From contig CM082596.2 of assembly GCA_040954595.2 (NCBI GenBank), positions 3,961,025 through 4,025,024 of the forward strand: a DNA stretch of 64,000 nt, in the 5' to 3' direction. This document shows, in pieces, positions 14,660-28,900 of this stretch. The notes below the pieces were generated by a model. It did not search any database. It was not told the origin of the DNA and worked only from the letters and a program-made list of their open reading frames with translations. This stretch comes from Balanoglossus misakiensis (Eukaryota; Animalia; Hemichordata). Positions within the stretch are counted from its first letter, which is position 1; every line of letters begins with the position of its first letter. The position numbers and the translations under genes are program-made.

Positions 14660-17600
14660 CTGCAAACAAAAGTAACACAGGGCATTCTGTTTGTACAGGG
14701 CAGCAAACACCACCAATATAGGTGTGGTCCAACAGACCAACATTCCCTAAACATAAAAGTAAGACAATCAAGACTATGTCTCCAGAGGGCAGTATAGACA
14801 CAGCATGAGTCTCACGTCAACTATGATACAAAGTCAATACAACTAAGACACAACTGGAGGAACGCCTGAGTTCATTTGAGTTCATGCTACATGTTAAGGG
14901 TGAACAATCTGAAAACCATTTCCATATTTTAAACCAGTCATACAGGTTATCACCACTCCTGCCAAAACCAACTTTTGACGTAGTCACTCTACAGTACCCG
15001 CGTTCTCTTTGGTACTTAAACACCAAAACGCTTAGCAGAGCGTCATAGGATATCCACACAAAATCATAGTTTCCTGCTAGACACAATTATATACCCATCA
15101 GTTTAATTCCTCTGAGTTGACCAGTTATGATTCACGTAATAAGATACCCAAAAGCTGACTCTTCGGCACTGTTTCCAACCAAGCCACTAAAACAATAGGG
15201 TTGAAACTACCCAGTGGTGGTAACAGGGTTAAAGACATGGAGTTACCGTCTTCAAATCTGCCCTCATAAAGCCAAGGGGGCCAGGCTGGTCAGGAAACAG
15301 TGCAAAATGAGCCTTAGTTGGAAATACAAGTTCTGACGTCATACAAGCTGCATGGAAAGGATGATTGTTCAGTGCCTGGGAAAGTCAACTTTAAGTTATT
15401 GGTGCTATTGATTACAACCATTACGAATCTGGTGAACGCACTTCCATTGGAAGTCAGTGTTTGAGTCAGTGATGGGTCTTGTGGAACTGATCTGCAGAGG
15501 GCGCTGTTTCTGACTGCTCCCTTTTCACTTTCACAGCATCACTTGTACATGAATATATATACATTCACATGTACTAGTATGTTATTTCAGACACACAATC
15601 CCCAAAACCTTTCATTTCACTTCACTGTGTTTGTCACGTAAATTTCATGAAATAATGTTGTTTTCAGTCTCACTGGAATTTTACTTCCTCTTACGCACAA
15701 CTTTCCCTTTCAAACCTTTTGAAGAACGTGAGAACGGGTTGGAATTACCAAGAAGGTTGTTGACGTGTGAATGAAACGAGTTCTGAGAAAATCACCCATC
15801 CGAGGTTTTGTGGGGGTTAGAATTTGTCTATTTATGGGTATGCAAATGGTGAGAACTCAGGCACCTTCAACGGGTTTCAACATGTGACAGTCACGCAATG
15901 TGTAAGACAGGGATTTCCAAATGGAAAAGAAAAGTGTCTATGGTTTTCTTACTAGGTTGCAGACTATTGAAATGAAGGGTGTCTACTGTACACCTGGGGA
16001 ACTCAAATAAATGAGCCAATCAGGGTACTTTTCCCACCGTGTCTGCACTCTCTGAGTCAGAAAACAGTTGATAAGCATGCAGCTCGTGCCAAATACATCT
16101 CGACCACAAGAGTCTGGAGGGGACTTCTTAATTGACTTTCAGATATATGTATTTATATCCCCCTAACAATCATTGTTCAGTCTGTGAACGTAAATTTCCA
16201 GATTTACCGTCGGGACAAACATTTTATGTTATATCTCCAACAGGCTCCTAACATATTTCATCTACCGGTACATCAATAAAACATGTCAATGACCAAACTT
16301 GGGGATGGAGTTGGAAAATCAAATCAGGTCAACAGTTGAACTACATGTATGTAGGGCATTATTGGACATAGAACTTCTCTCTTTGAACAAGGAACTTGGC
16401 ACATTTCATCAGAAAACTACTGGTAGTGTACTTTGTAAAACCAATGCCACAATCTTCTGTATTTCTAACACCAAATTAAAAATGCTATATTCTTCGGTAG
16501 CACAAAAGTCAAACCTCTATGCTTGTTTTCTGCAGACATTCTATTGGAAACAATCTGTGTGTTCATGAGGTCATAAACCAAAATTTGTTAGTATTTGATC
16601 ACATGCCTGTAATTCCCAGCAGTAAATCACCCTTGACCTCATTAGAGATACCAATCTCCAACTTTCCAGCTGATTAATTCCATTAAAATGTTCACTCTCA
16701 GCGCAAGTGTACTTGAATCTGATCTGATTTAATACATAATCGGTGTCAAGCAGTCAATATTTGTTTCCAAATCAATCCCAATATTGTTTGATTAAAGCAG
16801 AAATGAACACATGATCAAACAAATATTGCATACGCCTGTTGCCAAATTTTATGTCCAAAGTTCCAATCTCCTACACAAGAATCAGTGACTTGAATCTGGA
16901 AAACCCTGCTTCTGTTCTGAAGAAAAATCCATACATTTTTGATATCTTAAATTTTGCACTCACATTGACCAATCTGATGGAAACACCTGAATAAGCCATG
17001 AAATAGCACATGAAACTGTTGCATTTAAAAATCAGCGAACACTGATTACCAGAGCCCAGGTGTTGGTATTTGTACTTTGACTTTAATAGTAGACTAGTAA
17101 ATCATTCTGGTTATACAACCTATCAGATATTCAGATACGTATCAAAGGTTACCAACAGGTAACATTACATCCTCAGGTGAGCAAAAAACAAGAGACAGAA
17201 AAACACTTAGATTGAATGTGCTGAACATTTAAATTTCTCTGCCGAAAAGGGAATTTTTATGACAAGAGACAAAACTCTTGAACGCAGGCTAACGATAGGT
17301 AAAGTCAAGTGGACAATAAAACAGACCGGTATTTACACTGCCTCAAAGGTATGGGGCCACTCAAATGTTTTTTGATAAGGAACATGGCCACTGTGAAAAC
17401 AATACACCAGGCACCCTGGACTGATAAATATCTTGTATGTCCCGTACAGATAAGAGCTCTTTATTGGTCTAACATGCCTCAAATTTGGGTTATCATTGAT
17501 GCCTCCTAATTTCGGTGCTTTTACTAAAACCTCTAATTTAACAATTACAAAATTGCATATATACATGTACATTGATTACCATATGTATTCCACACAGTCG

Positions 17601-18230
17601 TGTCACTTTAAACTCTTGCCACCCCCAGTTCCTGCAGGCATTTTTCAACCCCCAAAGCGCTGTATGAACTTGAAGGTGACTGAAAAAGCCATAAGGTTCT
17701 GGCACACATACCGGTACACCGCTTTTATTTAACAAAGAGTGCATATTTTCCTCTGGGGAGCTTGGCGCGATTTTCAACACAAATCCCCAGTACTGATCCT
17801 GCTGGCCCGACAATTTGCAAAGGTACATAAACGGGACCCTTACAAGAAATTGCTTGCGTAATGAACGTAGCCGCTACAAGCACCTATTTTTCTTCACCCT
17901 TGTCAACAAGAAAGCCTACAACAATCAGCTGTTGCATAATCTGTCAAGGGACTAGTAAAAATTCTTTCTTCAACAATGAAGGCCACAAAACCTATTAGGC
18001 TAAATGGCGGCTTCTGTCCACACTTTAGAATAACTGCACAGTTTCCCACCCACTGCGAGCATACCTTTCATAAATATTTGAATTTTAATTCTCGTAAACA
18101 TAAAACTCAATGCCACATTTCTTGGTAAAATTGAAAGGACACATTGTGACAGATCTTTTTCCCTTTACAGAATCAGACTTGTAAATCCGCAATAAACTTT
18201 AACACCACAATACCAAGGAATCTTCACTAA

Positions 18231-19034
18231 GGCTGCATTCACAAACACCTCTGGAGGGGGGGGCGGGAGAATTGAGGGGGGGGATTTGAAAAAATTGAGG
18301 GTATGTAAGGGGGGGGATTTGAAATAATTTAGGGACTGAAAGGGGGGGACTTGAAAACTTTAACGACTACATATTTATTTTGAGTCCACAAAAATGCAGT
18401 TTCGCGCCCTTTATTTTACAAAAATTTTCTAATGTGGGAGGGGGACACCCCCTCCCACACCCACCCCCTCCATTCATCAACACCTTTTAATCATTGACTG
18501 GTTTATCTAGTGTCCCAGGTCAGGGGACTTGCCCCCACCTCATGATAACTTTGAGCGGCGACGGTTAAATTTGTCCTCCCCAACATACCGGTAGTTGAGT
18601 TAATTTGCTTTTGCCAGGTTCATTAAAATGCAGCTTTGAGCTCTGTATTTTAGAAAATTTTCTTACGTGGGAGGGGGACACCCCCTCCCAAACCCACCCC
18701 CTTCAATTCTCGGTTTACAATGTCTCCCAACACAGAATACAAATATATGTACTTAAAAAATAAAAACAATGTTCAGTTTTAATACCCACTGATGAGAGGA
18801 AACATCAGGTTCAAATTCTTTTCATGGGAGCGCTGTTTTTCTTTTTACAAGATAGATAGGTGATGTGTTTTGCTCTGTGAAAGAAAATGGGGGGGGGGGA
18901 TTTCAAAATTTTGGCAGTTCGGAAGGGGGGGATTTGAAAATATTGGCAGTTCGGAAGGGGGGCATGTGAAAATTAGCGGTAAAAAAAATTGAATTCTCCC
19001 GCCCCCCCCTCCAGAGGTGTTTGTGAATGCAGCC
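18231..19034. mobile_element. PIF/Harbinger-type (Tourist-like) MITE, 804 bp
   Basis: ~43-bp near-perfect TIRs GGCTGCATTCACAAACACCTCTGGAGGGGGGG(G)CGGGAGAATT; TAA on both flanks (18228-18230, 19035-19037) as 3-bp TSD; subterminal G-tract-ATTTGAAA repeats; no coding capacity. Confidence 0.88.
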
Positions 19035-19511
19035 TAAAGTGTAAACTTTCATGGACAGAGTGATATAAATTGGACTTCCACACAGTTTCATTTAATTTTA
19101 CCTCAAATAAACTGCCAGTCCTTGTCAACAGGTCAGGCAATACTATTTGATGGTTATCACTGTTAAAATTAATGAGTTGAACATTTTTACCGCAACAGTA
19201 GGATAGGTAATTATGTCTCGTCCCTGAGTAAATAGGACAGATTGAGTCTGACGACAGCTTGAGTATGACTATGACAGCTCTGTACTGGGTTTTCAACACC
19301 ACTGAAAACACACAAGAACATGTTATCTTTGTGTTGCATGGCACTGCTAGAAATCACAACATGTTAACTCTAGCATGGCATCTGCAGGAATGTGTGACTG
19401 ATTCTTGAAAACAGTACATAGTGGATGTTTTAAAGGGATCAAATACAACCAAAACCAAACAGATGGCAACAGAATCAAATCAATCTTGGTATTGCCACCG
19501 ATGTTTTTTCT

Positions 19512-19607
19512 TCAACCCTTTCACCACTATGGTTTGGTCTAAACCCACTGTTATCTATAAATGGCAAAGTTGGAGCTCTATACAGAGAAATGGAGTGAAA
19601 GGATGAA
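19512..19607. mobile_element. Diverged inverted copy of the 22878-22970 MITE
   Basis: tcaaccctttcaccactatggtttggtctaaaccca matches the reverse complement of 22935-22970; ends gtgaaaggatgaa. Confidence 0.65.
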
Positions 19608-21599
19608 ACAGATCTAATGTCTTTGACATAGACAACACACCTACGCTTGCACAAAGCAGAAGACCGAGAGTGGTAAAGTTTTATGGAGAAACTTTGAGTA
19701 TTGTATCTTTTCCATGTAAATAGAGGTTAAGTTTCAATCTCACAACTTACACCATATTATTTTCGTTATTATGATCTGACCAACTGAGAGTTGATCAGTC
19801 ATCAATGGAACTTATTATATTGATCCATCTTTGTATACGAATGATCGAGTCACATTGAAACTAAATGAATATCACACTAATGTTTGTAACAGAATACGCA
19901 GACCAAAATGTGGACCACATTTTTCAACGCTGCATATATTTGCCTCCCGTTGAGTAAATGCCACGCTGACTAAAATGATTTTATCAGAGAGTTTTAATAT
20001 GATTTTTGATATCAAAAGACCAGATGATGACACTTTTCTTGGCTGTGACTTACTGAGCTGTTACAAATGAAATCCATACATCTCAGCCATCATTTATTTT
20101 GCCCTGAGGCTGTTCAGCTCTCTAAGTGGCCCTAATTAGCAGACTTCCATGTACATGTAACACCATTACTTTCTTTCTGTACATAGCAAACCAGTTCATC
20201 TGTTCTATGATTGAACAGCACAAGCAAATCTGAGGTAGTTTTGACATCAATTTCAACAGAATTGCACATACATGTGAGAACTTATCATGCTGGTATACTT
20301 TACTGAATGATGTAAGTTTTTATCAGATCTATCCATCCGTCCTAATCATTCTTTAGATATCGCATATACTAAGAGGATGTTTCGTAACTATTTAAAACAC
20401 AGACATATAACATCTTTGTGTTAAGTATCTTCTTATACATGTCTACAAACAATGGTGTCAGTACTCAAGTAGTCAGTACTATGCAACAAAAAATAGATGA
20501 CAAGTGCTTTGGCCCCAGACAGCTGTTTGGCAATATAAAAATTCCTGCATTCTGGATACTGCAAGTCCAAGTCACCAGTCATAAATATCCCGAATGAAGA
20601 GATTAACAAGCCAATTAGAATAAACCTTCACAGAACAAAGGGACATGAGCTTCCTGAAGCCCAAAAACGCATCTTACATACCAGGCCTACTATAACAAGT
20701 CCAGATCTATGCAAACAACTATAGTGTTTACCCAATCAGCTATGTCATTTACACAAGGAGTAATTTACTGAAAACAAATATAACTGTACATGTGTACTTT
20801 ACTGTAAAGTTCATGGGTACTGGTCACAACCGGCCATGTTCATCTCCATAAGAGCCCTTGAATTTCATATTTTGACCACAACTATTGTTGCCATAGCTAC
20901 TATCTCAAACAAAAGCCAACATCCTGCAGTTCTCAGAAACTATAAAATTTTGAGTCAGCAGAAAGCAACTTTTCAATTTGAAGATGATGGACAAATATAG
21001 AAGTAAACTTTTTTTTAAAATTCAAACAAAAGGAAGACATACGTTAAAATTAGAGTTGGAGTAATGCAACAAGAATGACAGAAGCCTACCGGGAGAAACA
21101 GATGTCATATTAAAGTTTTCAAATATTACCCTTTAAATTTTTCATCACTTCTCTGAAGATTCTGTCCATGATTTATCTTGACCCCAATTTGTCTGTATTA
21201 AATGTTATTAACCTCATTAAAATCGAAGAACAGATGGACGGGGGTCAGAGGTCATCACTGAGGCTCATGGGCAGCCAGGGCATCAGATACTGATCTCCCT
21301 TGCTTCCGTTACTAGGGTCAGAGTTCACGCAAAGCCTACAGCGAGAGACGCCGGCTTTTTATATTATGGAGTGCACTCAAAACAGAACACCATCTGACGT
21401 CTTTTACCTCCTCATCAAACGCGACCCATATCAAAACAGTCTTCCCGTCACGTGACGGACGACGTTTTATGGGTCAGAGAAGTCATATTGCGAAGATGTG
21501 AGATGCCATCTTCTACAGAATACATAAAAGTCTTCTTGAATTGATGGCTTTCTCTCAAGGGAAAGTTTTTAAACACAAGCTTGTTTTGTTATATGTTAA

Positions 21600-21716
21600 G
21601 AAGATAACAAGCAGTTATTAAGTTTTTGATGTGGACGGACGGACATACATACATACAGACATAACCCATCCCATAAGGGACCAATGGTATATACACATAC
21701 AAATGGGACCTAAAAT
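21600..21716 (+). repeat. (GGAC)n(CATA)n microsatellite plus a 3' tail resembling Helentron-derived (HINE/DINE-1-like) element ends
   Basis: ggacggacggacatacatacatacagac followed by cccat..atgggacc-taaaa; family assignment is inference. Confidence 0.4.
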
Positions 21717-22877
21717 GATTGTTGTTTCTTATCTGATGAAAACTTGGAAGTGTACAGCTGTCGATATATCATATCATATCTTGAGACTCTAATCCAACAT
21801 CCTTGATAGATCAAAACTTGTACATTTCCGTTCCAGTTCTGAAACAATATGCACTCATTAAAAAATTGAGAAGGCCAAAAGAACTAAAACTCTGTTTTTA
21901 TTGTTTGTCTCAAAAGCAATGAAACTCTATTCCATCAAACTCCCCCCTCCCCCTATCCATTTTCAGTCAAGGCATATCACATCTACGAGGCCCTCTTGAC
22001 AGGATCCTTGTTGACAAAACCAATTCAAACAAATCTCAGTCTTCTTTATTTCCTTCCTCACCAACAGTGTACATGCGATTGTCCAGGTATGGGGTCATTC
22101 TTCATTTCCGGCCCTCAATATGACAGGTCAATGGCCCTGAAAGGGGTCAACACTGGACCTCAATACGAAATTTCACCCCTCCTGGTTCCGTTTTTGTTCT
22201 GAACTAAGACAAATTTATGGGTTAGTTTCATGATCTTTGTTGTATATTTTATAGGACAAGATAACACGACCAAAAGTAGAACATGGTAAAGTTTATATCC
22301 CCTTGCATTGTCGTTTGATACTCATACCTTCTCCACTAGAGTTCACAAAAACCTGAAATGTTTTCTTATATTTTTTCTGATTTACATGTAACTATTACCC
22401 CTACTTCTCAGAAGATGTATAGAACCACACCATGAAAACAACAGGACTGTTCCAAATAGTTCTAGCAAAGGGGATGAACTTATTAGTGTACCATTCTCCA
22501 CACCCACCCACTAGGATAACAGTGGAAGTGGTTTAACCTCAGGAGGTAAATTGGCTAATCTGTCCAAATTAAAGTTCTTATCAGTTCAAGAATTAGAAGG
22601 GTGTCCAACTGGTAATGACTCACAAACCATGTGACACTTACAAAGAAACCCACCCACCGACTGGATCCTGACTAAACACACGACTGTGGTTTTCCCCTAA
22701 AGTCAGTGGTGCGAAACGCGGGACAAGTATCTGAATGGCGGCAGCGCCGTGATTCATGATGTAGTCACAATCTTTATTGACAAGACAAACTAGGAAAAGA
22801 ACAATGGCGACGCTGTCTTCCAACTTCCAGAAAGCTCTCAATGATGTCAACTGAATCCCAAAACTGATTCAGTTTAA

Positions 22878-22970
22878 TTAACCCTTTCACCCCCAGTTCC
22901 TTCTTCAGAGGTCTAACCTTACCACAGAAAACAATGGGTTTGGACTGAACCATGGTGGTGAAAGGGTTAA
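22878..22970. mobile_element. Short TTAA-flanked hairpin MITE (piggyBac-like ends)
   Basis: TTAA-CCCTTTCACC ... GGTGAAAGGG-TTAA perfect inverted ends, 93 bp. Confidence 0.7.
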
Positions 22971-25900
22971 TCTGACTGCTCCCCCAATTAAGGACAGGCA
23001 GTAAAATGCCAGTGGAGCTGTTTTTCTGTGCCGATATCTGAGTTGTGTACAATTCATGACTGTCACACCTACTTTCTACTTTGCTGGGATGTTTGCAAAA
23101 GACTTTAACTGAAAAAGGAAACTACATCAAAGTAGCATACTGTGCATAAAGAGCAACCTGAGCCTGAGTACATGAAGGCACAGGTCATTCCTCTCTCTCC
23201 TACACAAAATGCAATACCAAACATACAAAGGCCACATGCTGTTCTAGCATTTTGCAAGTTATTTTATCAAGTTTATTTATAAACTACGGATATCACTTGG
23301 TTCTGTTTACCAAATGATTGTAACAATAACATTCACATGAGAAAAGTTTAAAGTTTGCAATGTTGGCCTCCGAATTTAGTTGTGGTATGGTCTTTTAACA
23401 AAGAGAAATTATTTTTTATTTGTTTAAATAAGGAAATAAATTCAAATATGCAAGCCATCTGAAGAATTGCAATATATTATCTTTTTGCTTCATCTTATTT
23501 GGTAAACTATAATAAGAACACTTGGGTTAATTATCCGGTTTAAAATTCCTGCAAAAGACAAACTGCACATTGCTTGATCATTTGTCATAGATATTTGTCA
23601 CTGACAGTGACATAGTTATTGGATTAGAAGACTGATGGGGAATGGAATCAGTAGACAACTCATTGAAATAAATGGATTGAACAAAAAATAAATATCCCCC
23701 CAAGCAGTGATAACCCCGATGACATTGCTTTCGTCCGTGCAAGACTGGTTTGAATACTGCATCTCACTCTCTCTCTTCATCACCACGCTTTTGGTTGGCG
23801 TGGTTAAATCTCTACGGGGCAGACAGGGTGAGGGGTTAATTCACCACCAGACTTTTGTACGACCTCTGTTCTCAGAAATGCAGGTTAAAGGGTTAAGAGA
23901 GAATGTTACAAGAACAATTGAGTGATACCTAAAAGCATGATGGGAAATTTCACAGGGCAAGACAGGGTCATTTCTGGCATATCAGTCGCTGTACAAATGT
24001 AAAGTGTGGTTTTCAAAGCCCATCATTACCAACACAGATGTGTCTGCTCTATCATCAGTAGTAATTGCACATACGAGATGACTAAGTACAAAAATGTGCC
24101 AATGTCATCAGAATTCTTGAGAGTTTATTACGAAAGCATGAAGAAACTGTGGAACTTAAAGGCACTATTGGCCTAATATGAACACTCTCACATCAAAAAT
24201 CAATACAAAAGTGTAAAACTTGTCAAAACAGATATAACTTCTTGCTTACAAGTTTAATACAGTTCATTACTGGTTTGTACTGAGATGTATTATCCTTAAT
24301 TAATTGAACAGGTTATTACATGTATAAGCTCAGTATTTACAAAAAGCCAGTGTTTGATGTCTGTCAGGATTATCCTATCTCTTACATCAAAAAATGTGAA
24401 AAAAGTAGGATTTAATAATTAAACTGTATAACCTTTGAACCAAGGCATCATTTCTTTGATAACTGATATGAGTGATAACAAAATCTGGTGGGTAATACAA
24501 TATGGAGAACTCACACAAGAGTATCCCCTCAGACGAATACAACTGCTTTCTAATATTTATTTTTGATTACGCACAAGCCTGTCAAGATATCCAACACGAG
24601 ATTTCCATCACATTTATCGCGATTGAATCTAACAGCACTCCGCTACAAATGTCAGACAAATTAAAATCCACTGCGTGCAAAACCCAACGTCGTACTTTCC
24701 CCCGATTGAAAATGATCAATTTAGAAAATTTAGATTTGATGACGCTGATTCATCTCTGTGTGAAAGCAATTTGTCCCATTGAACACACATTTCCATGGAG
24801 ACAGATTGTCACAAAGCGGGTTAACATTACAAGACTTCCACAATTTAAATCCATTTCTTGGATTTAAAACATTCCTATACACTCCCTTGCCTTGTTTTAA
24901 CTCCATGAATAAATGCAGTCAAGTTCAGCTGATTTTTTTTACTCAAAACCATGTATGAACTTGAAGTCCCTTTTTATTGGTTATCAGTATAAATGATGAC
25001 GCACTCTTTTCCACTCGGCTGCACACAATCTCTGAATGTAATTCCATCACAAGGCAATACTGTAATTAATTTGTCTTAACTCACTGAAGTGCAATTTAAT
25101 GATGAAAAATATAACATCCTGTCAACAACTGAACCCTGCAGCTCGTGTCTTCATTTACCCGTGCACGAATCTGCGTTGCCATGGCAAAAGCCTGGCTGCT
25201 CTGTTTGTGGTGGCAACAATGATTCTATTTCTTTAGTTAAGTTGAGTGACAAAAGGAACCCTTCACTGAATATAACATTCACATAACAAGAACAGGCAGC
25301 GGGTTATACACAAAATTCATTTTTATAAAAAAAACTGTGATAAAATAGTCTCGAGTTGATTAGTGCAGCGTATGTGACTTTGAATAGTATTATTTCCTCG
25401 TCATTTTCCTCGCTGTATCCATGGCTAATACCGCCTTGAAACTGGTATCCCCATGACAGAGCTCGCAGTGATTACAGGATATACATTCCGTGTGAATGGA
25501 AAACTAATTTACAGGAATGAGGAAATTCCATTAGTTGAATTTCCATGTCTTTCACAGGATTATCGGTATTCACAGGCAGAAAGTGAAACCAATTGATGAA
25601 TATGAAGACTTCAAGACTGTGTGCGAGTGTTGGGTTGCCTTGCATATAGTGCAAATGATGTCTCACTCAAATTTCATGCATTCTATTCACAAGTTCTCCA
25701 AAGCATGGAATCTGTAGCCATAAGTGGATGGAAAATATGCTTGGAGATTCAGCTAGAAAATATTACAGTTCCTTGAATTCTTGTGTAAAACATATTTTCA
25801 AAGGAACAACAGTTTGTCACATTTCTGTCAAATAGGAAATTCCTTCTCAAATATTGTTCATCAATCTCACAATGTATCCTTCATATTTTAAGAAATATTG

Positions 25901-28900
25901 ATGAAAATTGTACAGTAGGCTTACCGAGGCATAAATAAGCATCAAATAACCAGAACATTTAGATTTTTGCATATTCTATGTACATTCCAGGTATGAATTC
26001 CTCCTTTGAAATGTGACAATGACATGAGGTGCTTCATGTCCATTCTATGCAGCATGTGAACTTGCTTTTATTGGAAAATTTTACCGGAAAATAGTTGGTC
26101 AGCACTCGGACCTTCAGAGACCACCATGATCAAGAAAGACTCCACTGTCTAGACCAATTCATTCAAACGAACAACACAAATCTTACAATCTTTGCCAATT
26201 TCGTATTCACATCACACATTTAGTTCCCAAACATCCTCGACTTCTCTTCTTCTGGACAGTGACCTGATCATTCAGCTGTCTGCTTCCTGCCATTAGGGAA
26301 ACGGGATACGGACCCCGGAATACGGAGGTAATGGAAGATACGGAAAGAGCAATTTTTGTCAGCACAATCAGTCTTCCCATCTCTGCATATGAGATACAAC
26401 AACAAGGGTATTGTAGCTGTAATATTCAATTTCCTTCGCCTACTGACATTCCCATCAACACTCATCTGCAGCATCAGCAGTGCGCTAGTCATCTTGAAGG
26501 GCAATATCGGAAGCTTTTGATATATTTTTTTATTTTGATATTCTGAATCAGCTGCAGTATTATAACTTGCATGGTGAAATATCTGATCAGGTAACAGTTC
26601 AAAAACTTCCAACTAATAACAATTTTTTTATATAACAGTGCACCCAATGTGACAATAATTTGACCAATCAAGCACAGGATACAGTTAAGGTGTGCTTAAA
26701 TAGATAGATGTATTTTGTCCCTGAAGTAGACAGTGATACGAAAACATTTTCACTCTCAACTCACAGATAAAGGCAACAAGCAGCAATCAACTTAACAAGA
26801 TCAATATTGTGAATACCATTCAAATTCCGATCACCCGTCTTTCAAGTTGCACCCAATTTCCAAAGCCAGCTCATTTTACGCTATAAACACACCAAGCGAC
26901 CTATTGCAGAATTTAAATTGACTACCTCTTTTTTCGTTCTTTGAGTTGAAACCCTGGATAGCTGTGAGCGGGACTGTTAAATTTGCTTCGTTATCACAAT
27001 GCCCCGGGAATGAAATCTTTAAACTAACACCAATGTGTGGCTGTAAAATCTGCTTGGGGGAAAACACATCAGTAATGCATATCTGGGGCTCTCTTGGTCA
27101 TTAGCCAACAGTCACCTCGCTCCTCTAAACATTCCATCTACATGTAACTTCAAACAACATTTTGTTTTTGAACGATAGCTTAATAACATCAGTGTTCCAT
27201 CAATGGAGGAGGGGGTGCTTCAAAGGGTACAGTTGGCAAAAACTCTACCTGTAGGTGAGGGAAAGTGATGGATGAATTATCTTGCTAAAACAATTGCAAT
27301 TCCTTAAAGGAATTACAAGACACCTGAATCACATACAGAAAACAGAACGGAACCATCACATTACAGTGCTGTTTCCACCAAGTAATATTTATTGATCGGG
27401 AAACCCATTTCCTTCGGTCTGAGCATACAGTAATATTTCAGACTCAAGGAAATTTACAACAAGGTGAGCTGAATACTTTCAATGTAACATGTTCTGTTCT
27501 AGTAATGGGCATATTTTACGGCCTTGCCATATGAACCTTGACAAATTAGCCAGTTAGCACGGAGAGAGCGCAACACTTAACCGACTCTCTAATAAAACAA
27601 AACCACCAAGAATTGATGTTGAATCTGTTTTTCTGAAAGAGTAATAATGTGTATTCACCAAACATCACGCCGTACCATGACCAACATTTTTTTTCTTGTA
27701 ATTTTCTGCTACTGTTTTATTTATTCTCTTGATAATTTATTGCCCAAAAATGGCACAAGTGACAGAATATTCATTTTTTGTACTAAATTGGATTTTCCAT
27801 AACTAATTGCGAGCTTGTTAGAGAACTCTTTATGACTTCTTAATTGAGGAAATAAATCCTGGCTTATTGCTCATGGCCTATATTGTTAAAGGAGATATCT
27901 TACAGAAAGACCATAATCATGATAATGACACAGACAATCGTGCAAGTTATTTTACAAGGTTACACCTGTTCTTTAAAAATAATCTGGGTTCTAAATAGCA
28001 CCAAATAGACACAACTTGAAGGCAGACAAGGATAATCATGGCTTTGTTGTAGTGATGGCCTGGAGTGCACTCCTACACTAAAAATTGCCGCCACCTCTTC
28101 ACTGAGGTCATCAAGTCAAAAAGGAAGTTTTCAAGGCCAATTATAGAAGTCCTTCATGGATCTATAACAATCAATTATCAGATTAGCATTTCTATTCTAC
28201 GTGTACACTGTCATGAACATTTAGAAAACTTTCTGACATGAAAGTTATCAGCATTTCTTCAGGAAATTACACAAACTGCGTAAATTTCACAAAAATGTAT
28301 ACAGTGATGTATCTTTCATAACTGCACATAACTGAACACTCCTGACATAGTTATGTACTGCTGTGGTAAAAATTTCACATTCCATGGTTATTTTTCAAGA
28401 TGGCGTGAGATCAGCTCTATCGTTTCAGCTGATAATTTATATTTCGTATATTTAATTTTGCAGAGAAAATCCTGAAAAGCCCTGAGGGCACAGTACACCT
28501 ATACCCTTCCCAGCAGCACTCACGTAGAGAAATAAAATACATGATGTAATATACATGCTAATTTTATTTTCCTTCAAGCGAAAATCTTTCCCAATAAAAC
28601 CATGTGGAATTCTGAAGGAAAGCTTAACAATCATCACACTTACATGTGAATAGGTTTAAAATCAAATGATCACATTGCTTTTTTATATGGTTGATGAAAC
28701 TGACCAAGCCTTTCTCTCTTGAAAGAAAGCTATCTTGAAAGGGATTATTTAGGTGACTCTGTAATTTGATAAATTACTTTGTGTTCACAAGTGACACATA
28801 GATAAATCATGAACTGAAAGTTGCTCACTTCATTTGAAAGATTCCTTCCATATGGTGTAGGAAGAATCCACTGTGTGACAAATGGACAGTGGAGATGATC

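Noticed and set aside
14500-15100. Faint LINE endonuclease-like words (QET, AGVVI..GLKY) on the minus strand
   Set aside because: Too degenerate; no GDFN or SDH motif.
20231-20252. TGAGGTAGT let-7-like seed
   Set aside because: The rest does not match let-7 and there is no hairpin.
25925-25958. Very short phase-1 mini-exons (MFWLFDAYLCL here; MTPYLDNRMYTV near 22062)
   Set aside because: No promoter-like context; they show the chance background for ATG..GT matches.
26268-26612. ICRDGKTDCADKNC resembling an LDL-receptor class A repeat
   Set aside because: Lacks the SDE motif and proper Cys spacing; no flanking splice sites.
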